Shown here: in pieces, positions 37,641-51,275 of the stretch
Numbering within the stretch: position 1 is the stretch's first letter
How the letters are laid out: every line of letters starts with the position of its first letter
Assembly (NCBI GenBank): GCA_002633005.1
Contig: NMRA01000378.1
Coordinates: forward strand, 227,196 to 291,195
Reading direction: 5' to 3'
Length of the DNA stretch: 64,000 nt
From: Phoronis australis
Lineage: Eukaryota; Animalia; Phoronida
Program-made: the position numbers and the translations under genes
The notes under the pieces: model-generated
Seen by the model: only the letters and a program-made list of their open reading frames with translations
What the model was told of the DNA's origin: nothing
Database searches by the model: none

Positions 37641-37739
37641 CTGAGTACGGACATCCACTGTAGCGTTGTGTTCCACAAGACACTTCACTGTCTGTGTATG
37701 ACCACGCTCTGCTGCACAGTGCAGCGGTGTCTCGCCCTC
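37641..37739 (-). CDS. Ankyrin gene exon B2 (99 nt, phase 0-0)
   Basis: attacatag|EGETPLHCAAERGHTQTVKCLVEHNATVDVRTQ|gtaatt. Confidence 0.92.
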
Positions 37740-38114
37740 CTATGTAATATATAATGGAGATGTGTGAATGGACGATCAACGTTTAGAGCAAATTAACATA
37801 CACAGAGGAAAGTGAACTTGTAAGGTGACATAAATGACACATAACTGACCTCTCTAAGACGCAACAATACTTGTAATCATTTCAACAGGGAAATGTTTAG
37901 TTTTAGAACAAAACAACAGAGCGTGTTCAGTGTACCTTGTCTCGTTACAAGCCGGTAACAAACAGCAAGTAATTGTGCGCTGTAAAGTGTTGGACAATCA
38001 AAATAACGTAAAAAATAAATCTGGAACTAAATGAGGCGATCCAGATCGTCTAAAGGAAACTATTGTTTGACAAAATGTAGAATATATATAAGTAAATAAA
38101 ACAACAATAATGAA

Positions 38115-38150
38115 TTAACTGAAATGTTCGGATGCAGCTTTGGCAGTTCT
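38115..38150 (-). other. Candidate stop-containing exon C2
   Basis: ctgctttccatcag|RTAKAASEHFS-TAA in phase 0. Confidence 0.35.
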
Positions 38151-38296
38151 CTGATGGAAAGCAGACGACATTTAATTTGACATTGTTTAAGGATATTAAA
38201 TTGGGAAAATATCAACAAAATTTGTTACTCAATAGTTTTAATCATCTCTTGTGTAAACAACTAGTTCAACCAAACAACCTGTGTGTTATTAATTAC

Positions 38297-38395
38297 CTGA
38301 TCACGGACATCCACTGTAGCGTTGTGTTCCACAAGACACTTCACTATCTGTGTATGACCATACCGTGCTGCACAGTGCAGCGGTGTCTGGCCCAC
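38297..38395 (-). CDS. Ankyrin gene exon B3 (99 nt, phase 0-0)
   Basis: attacatag|VGQTPLHCAARYGHTQIVKCLVEHNATVDVRDQ|gtaatt. Confidence 0.92.
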
Positions 38396-38962
38396 CTATG
38401 TAATATATAATGGAGATGTGTGAATGGACGATCAACGTTTAGAGCAAACTAACATACACGGGGGAAAGTGAACTTGTAAGGTGACATAAATGAAACATTA
38501 CTGACCCCTCTAAGACGCTACAATACTTGTAATGATTTCAACACTCAAGTTTTACAGGTGATTTTAAAACGTTGAATTAAGAACAGAACATGGTGTAGAC
38601 GTCGACTGTTAGAAATTACTGAGCGCCTCCATAACTTCACAGCGACCCCTCCATGTTATGTTTATACACCGGTTTAACGGCTTCCTGTTCAATATAAAGT
38701 TTTAATGTTGAATGGACGATTACCATTAAGAATTTAAAAATATCAACGTTAAGTCGCCAAATATATTGTTGACACGATTCAAACCTCACTGTTTCTTAAG
38801 ATGCATGTGCCGGGTACAGATTGAAAAATACATGTCGAAATCATGAGAAATAAAAAGTGTATTTACACACAACATGTTTAGTTAAACTTCAGTTAGTCTA
38901 CAGCTTTGTAACAAAGATAACTCTGTCTTAATTATAAAATCGCCTCAAGTAGTTTCTATTAC

Positions 38963-39058
38963 CCCGTTTTGCTTGTTGACTTTAGCGCCTGCTTCACACA
39001 AAACACGCGCCACCTCTGTATGTCCCAGCACTGCTGCACTGTGTAGTGCTGTGTCGTC
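38963..39058 (-). CDS. Ankyrin gene exon (96 nt, phase 0-0)
   Basis: gtttctgcag|DDTALHSAAVLGHTEVARVLCEAGAKVNKQNG|gtaata. Confidence 0.9.
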
Positions 39059-42000
39059 CTGCAGAAACAATAAACAAGTTATAGCAAACTTCACAATCAT
39101 TAACTTCACCATGAATCTTAATTACTCATCACGGAAACATTAAAATAACACAATTGTACACACAATTACTAAATCTACTCTCTGTTTATCAGGTAATACA
39201 TCACTTGTCGTTCGAATAGATCATCATTTTTAAAGAACAAGATTACGTGGCTCTCGTAGTACGTTTGTTAGTGTCAAGAATAATCCTCAGAGCGAAGACA
39301 TGACATGTTCTTTAAAAATATGGACAATTTTATCAAAGTCCGTACGACTGGTTGTAGCTAGAAAAAGGCTATCACTGTTATTGACAATAACGTGACCTTA
39401 ATTTTCAAATTTGATTACCATTCTTAAGAAATGGATTTCATGAGAGTAATTTCAATTTTCGGATAAAAAAGACGAAATGTGACTTTTTTAGGCACAATGT
39501 AGTAGACGAAAATGTTAAATGCAAATACACTGTATGTGAAAGCTGTTATTATATGGGTAAAGCTTTCGTGGTCGTCTGGTTTGCTTAAATTAGTAGGTCT
39601 ACCGCAAACCAATCTCTGCTGGAGGCATGAATTGAAAAACATGGTCAAACTAACTTATGAACTCCAGTTTCACTTTTTCCTGAGATGCAAACTAATTTCT
39701 TCTAACAAATTTAAATCAGGAACAACCAGGAAGAAAAGGATGAGAGAAAATAGATATAGGGTAAATTGACTACTGGCAATGGATATTATTAAAACGTAAC
39801 TGAAGTATGGAGTTGTATAAGGAAAAAACTATAAGCAATCCTTGGTAGAGGATTTGTTACTGGTCAGGAAAACGGGCACAGGGAACTCAATTCAACTTGT
39901 TAATGGCATCAAACAAAATGTCAGCACGCAAAATGTTCTAGAAAAGAATATAGAGTTTTCTATAAATTGAACACACGTTTAAACACATTTCACCAAAACC
40001 ACTCTTCTTGTCAAGATTGCTGTTCAGAATACCAATCAGTCATTTGACTCCCATTTCGACGCAAACACAAATTGTTCTGCTATTCTTGAGACGACGTGGC
40101 AGCGGTCGGGCCAGGCGAAGCGTTGATTTTAAAAAGAGCGCTTTTCCAGACAGTTTTCGCGTGTACACGCGATAAATTGATACATTTGTCAGTTCTTGAA
40201 TATATTTAAAGGGGCATTTAATAATTGCAAGGAACCAATTAAAGAGTCCGTGACTAACCAAATAAAAGATGTTGCAATTTGTTTTTTTTTTTTTACTTTC
40301 GTTTGACAATTTTACGACCAGGCGTTCAAAATGGTGTTTCGGCATGGATACAGCTTTCCATATTGTAACAAAAATTTGAGATGTTTGTTGATTTATTTTA
40401 TTCAACATTTTGTTTCAGAATGGTGCGTTAAGAGGGAAATGTCAAAAATACATGGTCTCAGAGAATATGCAACGGAATGACAAGCATACAAAGAATACAA
40501 AAATTCAACAACTTGAACAAAAGCCGCAATTTCAAGTTACGTCTCGAGTAGCCGACACCCATTTGGATCCCACGTTCACTTGGACAACATATAGAAAGAA
40601 ATAAGTACAGATAATGTGTACAATTGCAAAATACTGGGCAGTAGAATAATAGCAGTCACACAAAAATTATAATACATAACACGTTGTACTGTCAAACATT
40701 TGAATATTAGAAAAATATCTAAGTAAATCTTTAAAATTCCATTCTTTATATAAAATCACCCAGTAGTACAATGCGCCATGTCTACATCAGTCTATCTATT
40801 AATAGAACAAAATCTGGAAATTAATAAGTAGACGTACACTGGCACTTTAAAACTGTTCTTAATTTCATAAAATTTAAAAACCCGATACACATTTTAGCAA
40901 TAACAAGGCGGCCTGTTTAAAATCAAGCAAGCCTCATTGCGATCGTTTTAATTGTTTTGAGAAATATTTATTGAGCTTGCAATAATATCAGTTACGTTTA
41001 GAACAGAGCATCGAGATAAAGTAACAAAATTAAGCCTACAGGTAGGTCGCTTTCGTTTACTTTACAAGTGCAATTTCCAGAACGACTGTTCCTTGGTGAC
41101 CTGCACAGAGGTGATACTCACTCGTGGTGATTGATTTCATAATCCACTTTCATCAACCGAGTCCCCGTTAATCTTTAAAATACGGCATTGCAACCATGAC
41201 AAGAATGTTTTTATTTTAAAAATGAAGTTACATCGTTACCGTTAAATAACTGCTATTTTTGAAGTTAATCTCCACACGTTAGAAGGATGCAACAATACTA
41301 CTGTAAACACCCAAATTCTCATGAGAGCTCAGGTTTTGGCCACTCGTGTCAAGTCGAACTGTTCAATCTGGAATTTCAAGCACAATGCCTGCTGAGTTTG
41401 TGTATCTATACTTCTCGGCTGTTACCTGAGAAATATGAAACAACTCATGTGGGTCCGACCATTAGTTAGTTGCTGCCAAAGCAAGGTCGAAAGAACACTA
41501 ACAGAGAACGCGCCTATAGATGACATTTACATGCCATTGTGAACATACATGAATTGCGTGAACATGAAACAGTGCAGGTACAATCTTTGACTCGTTTCAC
41601 CGACAAGTATTTTTGACTGCTTTTGCAAATTTTCGAATGCACCGAAGAAAGTTCTGCACCACGGCAGAAGAAGTGATAAAACGGTACAAAACAGCGATGT
41701 TTTCAATAATTCTGAAACGATCAAAGTATCAAGCGTTGTGGTGGATAAACATGTCAATTTTCAAGTAAAATGTCCTGATTATCCAATTAAAATATCCCAG
41801 GTCGTATCGCATTGCAACACTGCGTCATCAAGTGGATTGCGAGCACGGTCGGAACATTATTCGGAATATTTGCGCAGCATGCGAATTTTTTGCTCCCCGG
41901 GTAGTCAGTCAACTAAGTCACTGATTTTTAAAACTCGCTTGGAAAGAGTACTGTTCCAACTTAATCGGAACCAAAGAGCACTTGAAATATTGCGAGTGTC

Positions 42001-42387
42001 TAAAAACTGTAGGTGTTAACGACATCCACACATTCACGACTGAATTGCTGGTGTGCGTTAAACAAAAATATCGTACTACAACAAATGTCGCTACTGCAAG
42101 AGTTCTTAGTGCAACAATCATTCGGAACAACGACCATACTCAAATTTGCTACTATGTGCCTATTCCGTGAATTTCAAAACGGCATGATGCGTTAAAATGC
42201 GGTAACTGAATCAACGTTTCGATTAGCAGTGTGCTATGTTTGCAGCTGTCAACGGAGACGTGGTATTCTGTAAGCGACCACGTGGTTTGAATCTGTCACT
42301 AACGCATTCTACAGTGGGCCAAACTCTCATTTTACTTAACAACAAATTGCTATTGCAAAAGAACACGTTTGTTTTGAAAGTTTAATA

Positions 42388-42535
42388 CATGGGCGGCGCA
42401 ACACTCAAAAAAGTGGGGCTATAGCCCCCCCCCCCAGCTCACCTGTGGTACACCGTCCATAGACCATGGGCGCTGGAGCATTGAAAAAGTGGTGGGGCTA
42501 TAGCCTCCCCAGCCCCCTATGGTTCGCCGCCCATC
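42388..42535. mobile_element. MITE family 2 (two internal tandem units), 5-bp TSD taata
   Basis: catgggcggcg...cgccgcccatc; taata at 42383-42387 and 42536-42540. Partial relative at ~1785-1865. Confidence 0.8.
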
Positions 42536-45500
42536 TAATAGCAAAATGCCGGTTTGGTTTGATGCTTCCGAAGGCTAAGTAACCCCAGCGTCATGCATGC
42601 TGAAGTCAGGCGTGGATTTGAGTCTACCAATGTTCTGCATAATTATATGATACGTAGCGTGTATTCCGTGCTAAGGCAGCAATGTCGAAATACCCGATTA
42701 TGGAAACCCGCACGGAATGGGTATTATTTTGAAGCTAGTTATTCTATGAAAAACTAATCATTTAAAACGTAAAAAGTGCTAAGTCACATACATGTAGCCT
42801 TTGCTGTGATATTTGATCTTAATTGTTCCTGATGTTCAATCCGTTTGTTTGATAACTGTTGATGTCATCTTAAGAAAATACAATTTCTGCCCAAATCAAT
42901 GACAGTAAATGCAAAATACGACATTCGTCTAAGAAAAACTTAAGCGGTTTTGGTTTTGGTCAGGATACTGTTCAATCTTGTTAGTCGCAAAATTCGAAGA
43001 GCAAACAAATGGAGGAAGTTTGAACTCATAGTTACAGGATATATCTTTGCTCCTTTAGCGACTTCGATGACAGTCATACAGTAGACCAATAAAAAAGAGT
43101 CTTGAGAAGTTTGTCAACGAATGTTTTACGTTCCATGCTTGGTTGCTGGAAGGCACGTGACTGTTAGAGAACACCGACTTGCGACAAATACTTTGAACTC
43201 GCGAAATAATGTTCCATAGCACGGAAACGTCATGCTGCAAACATTTGATTTGCATTGCATGATTCACGCCCAGGGCTTTTCAATGGTTGTGGAGAAGAAC
43301 AATTTCATGAAACATTAAGAACTCAATTTTGAGACCTGAAATTTGAGTATACTGACGTCGAAGGTAAGAACATAACCTAATGAAGTCTAATTTCAAGCTA
43401 TAGCAAGCTTCCACGCAAGCGAGCAAATTGTGTTCCAAGAATCCAATTTGTATTAGAACACGTTGAAACAAATTTTACCAAAAGTAACCCTTTTTCTGCT
43501 CAAGATCTCTGTCCAGTCAATCAATCAATGCTGCAGTTCACGATTTTGACACAATTCGAAGCCTTAAATTGTACATGTATGCCGTTCAGTGGCTTGAAAC
43601 GACGAGGTGACCGAATTGCACTTTCGAAAAAGCCAAGTTTTGTCGCCAGGCAGTTTTCACGTGCACATGAGCTTTCTGTGTTTAAAGAGGCCTTCATTAA
43701 TCACGAATAAACGTTAATGTTTACATGTACATGTAGGTGTACAGTTCTAATGTGACCCTCGGGTATTTTTTCATTCACGAGAACTAAGATTCCGACTGAA
43801 ACTGGAAATAAATAGTGATCCGACTTAATATTAACTGAACACATCTACAGTGTATTTATTCACAAAAATGCTGAAAATCCCAGCAGTTAACGACGAATGG
43901 CGTCATCGGGAATCTTAGATTCGAGATGAGCAGATCTAAGGAACGTAGGTCACGGTAGCGCAGTTGCCTTGAAGAAAAATTTGAAGACGGATTTATGATA
44001 AAAGAGCTTCAGGTTCAATCTGTTTCGTGTTTCTTATCAATTATCCGGAAATCCTGAAATATTGTACACCACACCATAGCAGTCTTTGTCGTCACACTAA
44101 AGGAACGCAAACAAGTTTCGAGTTTTGCATTAATTTAATGGTCGCGTTTTCAAGCGTCTATGCTTTTATACACACTGTTCGAAATTTCACTAAAATTTGC
44201 ACGATGTTATATAACTTTTTCCATGCGTAATATTTGCACATTTGTCATTTGATACGCGGTTTATGGTACGTATATTTTCCGGAATATGTTTTTGACAAAC
44301 AATTATCCAAGTGGCGGATGTTAAAACTAACGTATTCAATATTTTAACGAGATAAATTAACTTCGTCATCGTATCAGTTGGTCTATATCACGGCAAAGAA
44401 AGTGAGGTGTAACCTGTCATTGAGTTGAAACAGTTCAATTTTAGATGGAGTTTCTTTCAATTCCGTCAAATTTGATTGCATTCTGAAATTTTTCGTAATC
44501 TTTTTTGCCTTCCTTTTACGTGCAGACGCCCTGCACATTTCGTTTGGCATAGAAATAATTATCTATCATGGTAACATAATGATTTAAGACGACGTTTGCG
44601 TGACTGATTTACCCTAGTGATAATAAAGGGTGACTTAAATGCCAGATAGAGCGTCTGGTATGCTGAAGACCGTGAAACTGCAGCAGGAGGTCCTGCCACC
44701 TATAGGGAACTCTGACAACGATACTGCCTTAAAAACTTGTAGGAATGAACCAGTTGTACACGAAAGAAACTGGAAATTAATACTCTCAGACATTGAATGC
44801 AGCAAACTGGAACACTATTATTTGCGACAACGTCTAGGACATATCTTATCAGTAAATTAAGAAAAGTGGAAATCCTAAAATTCCAAAGCGAAGACACAAA
44901 TTTTGATTCAATAACAATGTCAAAAACGAGATCAACAAAACTCCTATCTTATTTAGATCAAACATGAAACAAACTATGCGCTGATTTTTTAACAACCTAA
45001 AACAATTTCCAACTATTAAAAGCGAGTTAGCCAAGTTTTACACCGCACCACAACACAATGAAACCTTTTACATACACAAACGCATATAATGTTTCAACAA
45101 GGCAAATGAATATTGCTTTTTCATAAACAAAACGAGACTAAGAAACAAAATCAACTTACCGGTATATCTTATTATTAAATCACAAGATGGGAATTAACGG
45201 GCACAGTTTAAGTGCTTGTTCTTGGATTCCTTCACAAATAAAACAACATCTGAATACCCACATTTGTTTGCAAACAGTCCATTTCACCTTTCTATTTTCC
45301 AAGAGACCCTAGCACTTGCCATACATTTACTAAAAAACACTGGTGTAAACAAAAGTGACTGCGCCGTCTATATAACAAATAAAAAATTAAACTAGCATAA
45401 AAGAAATACCTGCGCCAACCACTCATTAAAAAACAAAATTCCATTAACAAGAACCAACCCTGCTATTTGAAACTTGAATTATGGTACTCAATTAAAAAAG

Positions 45501-47373
45501 AATATTAAGAATCACTGCAATGCTGTAACACCTCAAAATTCTTTCTTTAAAACTGACGTCAAATAAAACGCACGAAGACCTAAATTTCTATAAATTGCAA
45601 TAAACTACCAACTTCACTTTGGTTTTATGAGGGGAAAAAGTACCATATCTCACCTGTACGAAAATGTTCACGAGATACGATAATAATATGAAAAATGGGT
45701 TTAATGTTAAATAATCAATCCGCGTTTGACACGGTTTCACAAGATTTCTTCTTGAGCAAAGTTTTCTCTTATCGAATCGGACACTCTGAACGCACTATTC
45801 ACTTTATACATGTACATGTACATGCACTGTAACAATCCAATTGGGTAGTAGGACTAGACGGTGTGTCTTCAAAACCCTCACTAACCGGGTTTGCTTACGT
45901 AGGGGTACCGAAGGGTGGTGTCATATTTCTGCTCTTCTTCAATCATGACAGACGTGAGTCGCAAAACCATCCATGACTTAGTCAATGGTAAAATGTCTGA
46001 TACAGTCAAATTTTATCCAAATCTTGAAAACATCCTCTAAGTCTTTCTATCTAACTGCAGTTGTATCTAACTTTCACTCAGAGTTCGTACTAAGCACATG
46101 AAAGCTTCAAGGTTGAGATAAAGTGTTGATCTTACGTTTTCTAGATGTCCCAATTACACACTGACACAATATTTATCTGAACCTGGATAGTGAAATTACT
46201 CCCCAAAACATTTGTAAAGAAATCTAAGCATGATAGTACACATGTAAATGATGAAATGTCATTTGAACCACGCTGGCACGCGCGTATGCAAAAAAATCAA
46301 ATTCTAATCAACCTATTGAAACTTGTATGGCACCGTTAATGCATATTTCAAGTTATTTGGCACGTACAGACGATTTAAACACTTTGACTATGGTGATATA
46401 ATCCACCAAGTACATGTAGATGGTCCGGGACCTTTGCTTGTGCTGGACAGATTATCACATCAAGTTTGCAATAATAATTTCATGAAATGGTAGAACACAA
46501 TAAGTGGTCCAAAATGTCATTGTAATGGAAATTTCCTATAGGTGTTAGCAGCTCTCGCTCTCGACAAAGTAAAGAATATACGTGTAAGCAATACAAAATT
46601 CGAACATCACTCGATCTGGATAGAGTTCATGGACGCTAGTACATCGCTGGGCCCTTTGCGAGATTACACCGTGTATTTTAAATGAGACCATGTGAATTTG
46701 AATAGTTTTTCCAAGCTGCAAGACCGCTAGAGAACTCTATCGGGGTTTCACTGCCAGCATATCTTTCTTAACTCCAGCATCTTACAGTCGAGCCACTTGC
46801 AAATCCACAATTCTCAAGGCATAGATGTATGTTACACCATCCTAATAAGAACAGTAGATTAAAAATGATATACATGTATCATTATTAAAGTTCAATTTTC
46901 ACCAGTGCTTTTGAGAAAAGAATAAAATTATTCTTCCTACAGTCATATGCCCCCGTACAATAACAAAAGAAATCTGTAAACATATTTAGGTGAAGAATGT
47001 AGTATTCCATGGCAGAATGGCGTCAATAAAGTGCTACTTAGTGAAGCTGCCAATTTGTTGTTCGTAGGACCACGTCACAATTTCACTGTATTTTTCTCAC
47101 CAACACACGTGTGCTGTTAACTAAAAGTAAGAAAATTGTCTGTTATAGTCACAACTTCTGTAGTTAAATGTGAACATTTTGTTATTACAGTTTTGTATTG
47201 TTACCACGCCGTTCACATGTTGCTTTGGTTAACAGTTTACAGTGTTGATACAGTATATTCAACATAAAATCAGGACGGCAAATATTTAAGATAGCAGATG
47301 TATAGAAGTGTTCGTTACAAGGTGCATTTCAAGCCAAAGATGATCACACGAGTGTTCATGTGTAAATACTTAC

Positions 47374-47463
47374 CACCAAATCCAGTTCTTGGTCCACATC
47401 CCAACCACGGTTTACATATTCCACAACTGTAGAACAGTTGCCTGTTTGTGCAGCTGTTCTAAT
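47374..47463 (-). CDS. Ankyrin gene N-cap-like exon (90 nt, phase 0-0)
   Basis: attttcag|IRTAAQTGNCSTVVEYVNRGWDVDQELDLV|gtaagt; splices in frame to DDTALH. The start exon was not identified. Confidence 0.8.
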
Positions 47464-47992
47464 CTGAAAATAATAACAAATAGATTTTAAATCACATAAT
47501 GTACATTCACTACCATAATGGAACTCCTTAGATGATATGAAATTTCAGGGAGGGTTGGGTTGTTCCTGGGTCTGGATAATGCATACATGTAGCATATAAA
47601 ATACTTTTCGCAAATTTTGACTTGTGTTAATATTGAAGCTACGTAATAACCCAACATTTATACCAACTTTAAAAACAAGAAAAGTTGTGTCTGTCTTCTT
47701 CATTTTGAACCATTGTGTCCACGTTGACCACTATGTCCATTTTGACCTACTGTGTCCATTTTACCATCATTTCCATTGGGCCCCGCTTTATCGACCTGGT
47801 ACTGTTGGATTTATAACACAAAGAGAGCGTTGCTGAGGTCAAATTCAAGGACGCTATGTTGTTGCTGAGATCTAAATGCCAGTGAGCGCTCCTGTTCCGC
47901 GGAAGGAAGTGTAGTGTTGTGAAGCGTGTCTTCCGTTTGTAAACAACACTTACTGTCAGATAAAGCCTCTCTAAGCCACTTACTAAGTGGCA

Positions 47993-48078
47993 ATAGCTTG
48001 TTGGCCTAAAGATTTACACGCTTGGTCGTCCCACGTATAACCTGGGTTCAAGTCCCATCGGAGACACTGAAATTTTTT
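47993..48078 (+). other. tRNA-derived SINE head or tRNA pseudogene
   Basis: A-box-like tggcctaaag, B-box ggttcaagtcc, then a T-run; no convincing cloverleaf. Confidence 0.4.
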
Positions 48079-51000
48079 ACTCAACCTATTTTAGTTGCCC
48101 AAAACGGGCTGCCAACTGCAGTTGGTATCCTGCCTTCTCAAACATTGTTCTGGGGTAGTAGAGGCCATCGTCTCGAGTCGATATTTGTTCATCGACATAG
48201 TGTCTCGGGGTGCGTTTGTTCGTCGACGCATCGGCTCCGGTGTACATGTATGTATTGAGATTTTTGTAGCGTCAGCTCAAGAATGTGCAGTAGCGCATTA
48301 AATTAAGTCGGATGGAAGGACAAAGGTGATGTTGTCTAAAAATTTCCCGCACTGTTGCCTAAAATAATCATTTCTTATTACCCAATTATTGCACAATGCG
48401 CTGTTTGACGTCATCTTCTATTTTAATTCGTAAGTTTTGCAAATGACTGGATTCATATATTAGTCGATAACTCCCCATATGTCTTAAAAGACGATAATTA
48501 TGAAAGCAATAAGTTGTGACTTGGTATACCTTTTGTACCATACCTGTAGGTTGTCTGCGTTTTATTTACATATACAATTTTGCAAACTTGCTTTTATCGT
48601 TACTCCATTCAAGGTCAACTTTAGTCTATAGAATATTACATATTTCTTTACATACAGTGATCGCAGTATTTTTGTTTACATTCTTCCATACTATTTCCAA
48701 AGTTAACTGTCGTTGTTAATAAATGACATTTATCAACCTTGCCCTCGCCTCTTTACTATGAACTAAGTTTAGATCACATCACGTGCACCTATGCACGGCA
48801 TGAGATATCTGCCCTCCAACATTTGAACATGTAAATAAAACAGTTCAAATCAAGTCTGTCTAAGCCACGATTGATAGACAATTGACATAAAGTATTATTA
48901 TGCAGACTTGAAACCTTGCAGATAAAAAGCAGCTTTGTACAAAAAACTTCCTACAGTAAGAGTTACATGTATGGACTTGTAAAACCTTTTAGGTGTAGAG
49001 TCATTTTCGTAAAGGCCTTATATCTAATGCGAATCGTCCATTAACATTAGCTGGCGCAAATTAGGATATGGTCTGCTCCTGCATATTCTTAAACTGCCCA
49101 ACACTACTTAAAAACAACTAAAAAGCGTCAATCTGCAAGGGCTTTGCATAATTTTTCAAATCACATTTTGAAAAAACTCACTTTACATTATACGTATGAT
49201 TATGCTGAATAATGCCTCTTATTATACGGGTGATGCTTGTGGCCGATGTCTCTGCGGTGAGTTAATATTTCAAAGGGCCGAAAGTCACATGTTAGACATC
49301 TTAGTCTACTTATTTCAACGACCATATGTTCAGTGTCACGTGACCAGGAATAAGTTCCATATCATTGCACCAGCACTTTGCAGTTGGTCATAGTACGGCC
49401 CTATCGAGATGATAGCATACACGTACGTGTATGTGGCGCTGTGTCAGGTGTATCGAGAACTCTGTGGAATGAATTAAAGTTTACTTTTTAATGTATAGTG
49501 ACTTGTCCTATAATCGCTACTTTAACTGACTATGACTAGCTTTGAAATTTGCTAGTTCAGTGGGTAATTTGGGAATGCGTCAAGATCCGGCATCACCTGG
49601 TTTTTCGCTGTCCGCTATTGTTGACAAAATTGTAGCTAAACAAGACGGCGAACGAGATTGTTGGCCAGTTCTTTTCAGGCTCTATTGAAATGTTATTTAT
49701 AAAAAAGATCTGTTTGTGGAAGCTACACTTTAAAATAATCGTTCAACTGGCTTCAATGTCACGCGTAAAGGGGAGAACAGTGGTCCGTGGTCACCCGCTA
49801 ACACAGTCTAAGTGAAGTTTATAGGATAAATCAAGAAGTCCTCGCCAATATAACGTTAGCATGCCGTAAAAATCACAAAGTGTTCAACTTCTATGATAAA
49901 AATGAATGCCACTGTCCATCCTAGACATGCTAGAAGAATGGCAGCGTTTAAAGCGACTGAGTTTGTTTAACAAATGAGGCAATGTGGACAATTTTACCAA
50001 CTTTATTACAATAATGTATCGGTAGTGCTGTACTGATCAATTTAGGACCAACTACGACCCCNCCCCCCCCCCCCCCCTACATCATCGTGAGCTCAGAATT
50101 TTTAGACGGTAATGAACGTGCACAAGGTGGTACTTATCCTTTATTTCATCAACTAGTGGATTTTAACTTCGATCCTCCTTGCAATACGACATCATCACTT
50201 GACTTTATTCAGTGCTCCCGACCTCACCTTTTTTTGCACGAACCCTGTTTTTTCTGTTACCTGAAAGTCTTCAGTGTTTTGGCAAATCCTATTTTCTATT
50301 ACTTGTTGTCGGTACTTTCTTTTCTTTCTCAGTATTTGATCTTCATTCTTGCCAGTTCCTCTACTAAGGTTATTTGGGACACTCAATACATGTGCAGCTC
50401 ATTGGATTCTCTTGACTCTCAAAGACATCGTGACTCATGCACCGGTCTCCAAATTTCTGTTTGTAATTGTGTTTAAAAAATTACTTTTTGCAAGGGGGCT
50501 ATCAAGTAAAGGATTTTTATTATCATTAAAAAACTTTGAAAGGGGCATGAAAAAAAGGAAATTATAAATTAGAAAGTGAAACAGTTTTGAGATTTTATCT
50601 TGTAAATTAATATATCCAACTCCTAGTTAGTTCCTACCTAGTCCGACGGTAGCGCTGTTTGTTCTTTCTCTCCACCTTCCTGTTGGCCCAGCCTCAAGCA
50701 ACAGTACATTCACTCGTAAGTTTTCCCAATTAGACCATTTGATACTTCTCCCACCCTCCCTAAACTGGGTTCCGAAAAATGTTATTTCAACCGATTTATA
50801 TCTTTCCCACCCTCCCTACCTTTTGTCGAACAAAATCTTTTGTTGGTTATTTTTGTTATTGCAGCCACTGCTGGTACCTCCTTCAAGCCCGGAGCGTGTT
50901 ACCGTCAAGCACGAAGAGACGTCTTTGGCTAGCGACCAGACCTGTACTCGAGCGTCTATCACTGCAACTTGCATCTCTCCACCCCGGTCGCAGCTCTCAG

Positions 51001-51099
51001 CATATACTGAGCCACAACACCACGATCCTTACAATATTTTTATTATTCCTGCTGGTCTGCTCACTCAGCTTGCCCGTAACTTGCTTTGCAGGTTGTTAT

Positions 51100-51275
51100 A
51101 GCCCAGTTGGCTGTTTGGTGTACCCACTTGGTACTTTATTATATGATATTTGCCCACTTGGCAGTTGTACCCATTTGGTACTTGAAGTTGTTGAATTTGC
51201 CGTTTTGCTCGACCCAGTTGGTAAGCAATCGGCCAATACCCATTTGTTATTATGTACTCATTTGGTACTATGCTA
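51100..51275. repeat. Cluster of cccaNttggta motifs (transposon sub-terminal repeats)
   Basis: About seven variants within 175 bp. Confidence 0.5.

Larger units (their letters stand above)
36201..38540. repeat. Compound tandem array (~1089-bp period; order on + strand A-B-C-B'-A-B-C-B) of ankyrin exons and introns
   Basis: gtcaacgtttacaatcaaaattac at 36202 and 37291. The B-block intron (ttactcaatagttttaatca) occurs four times, at about 36483, 37141, 37569 and 38225. Confidence 0.92.

Noticed and set aside
36480-38410. Repeated plus-strand ORFs MLLNSFNHLLCKQLV...
   Set aside because: Antisense to the ankyrin exons and introns; splice signals and protein motifs support the minus strand.
47993-48078. 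Functional tRNA gene
   Set aside because: Only the A/B boxes are recognisable; the stems do not pair convincingly.
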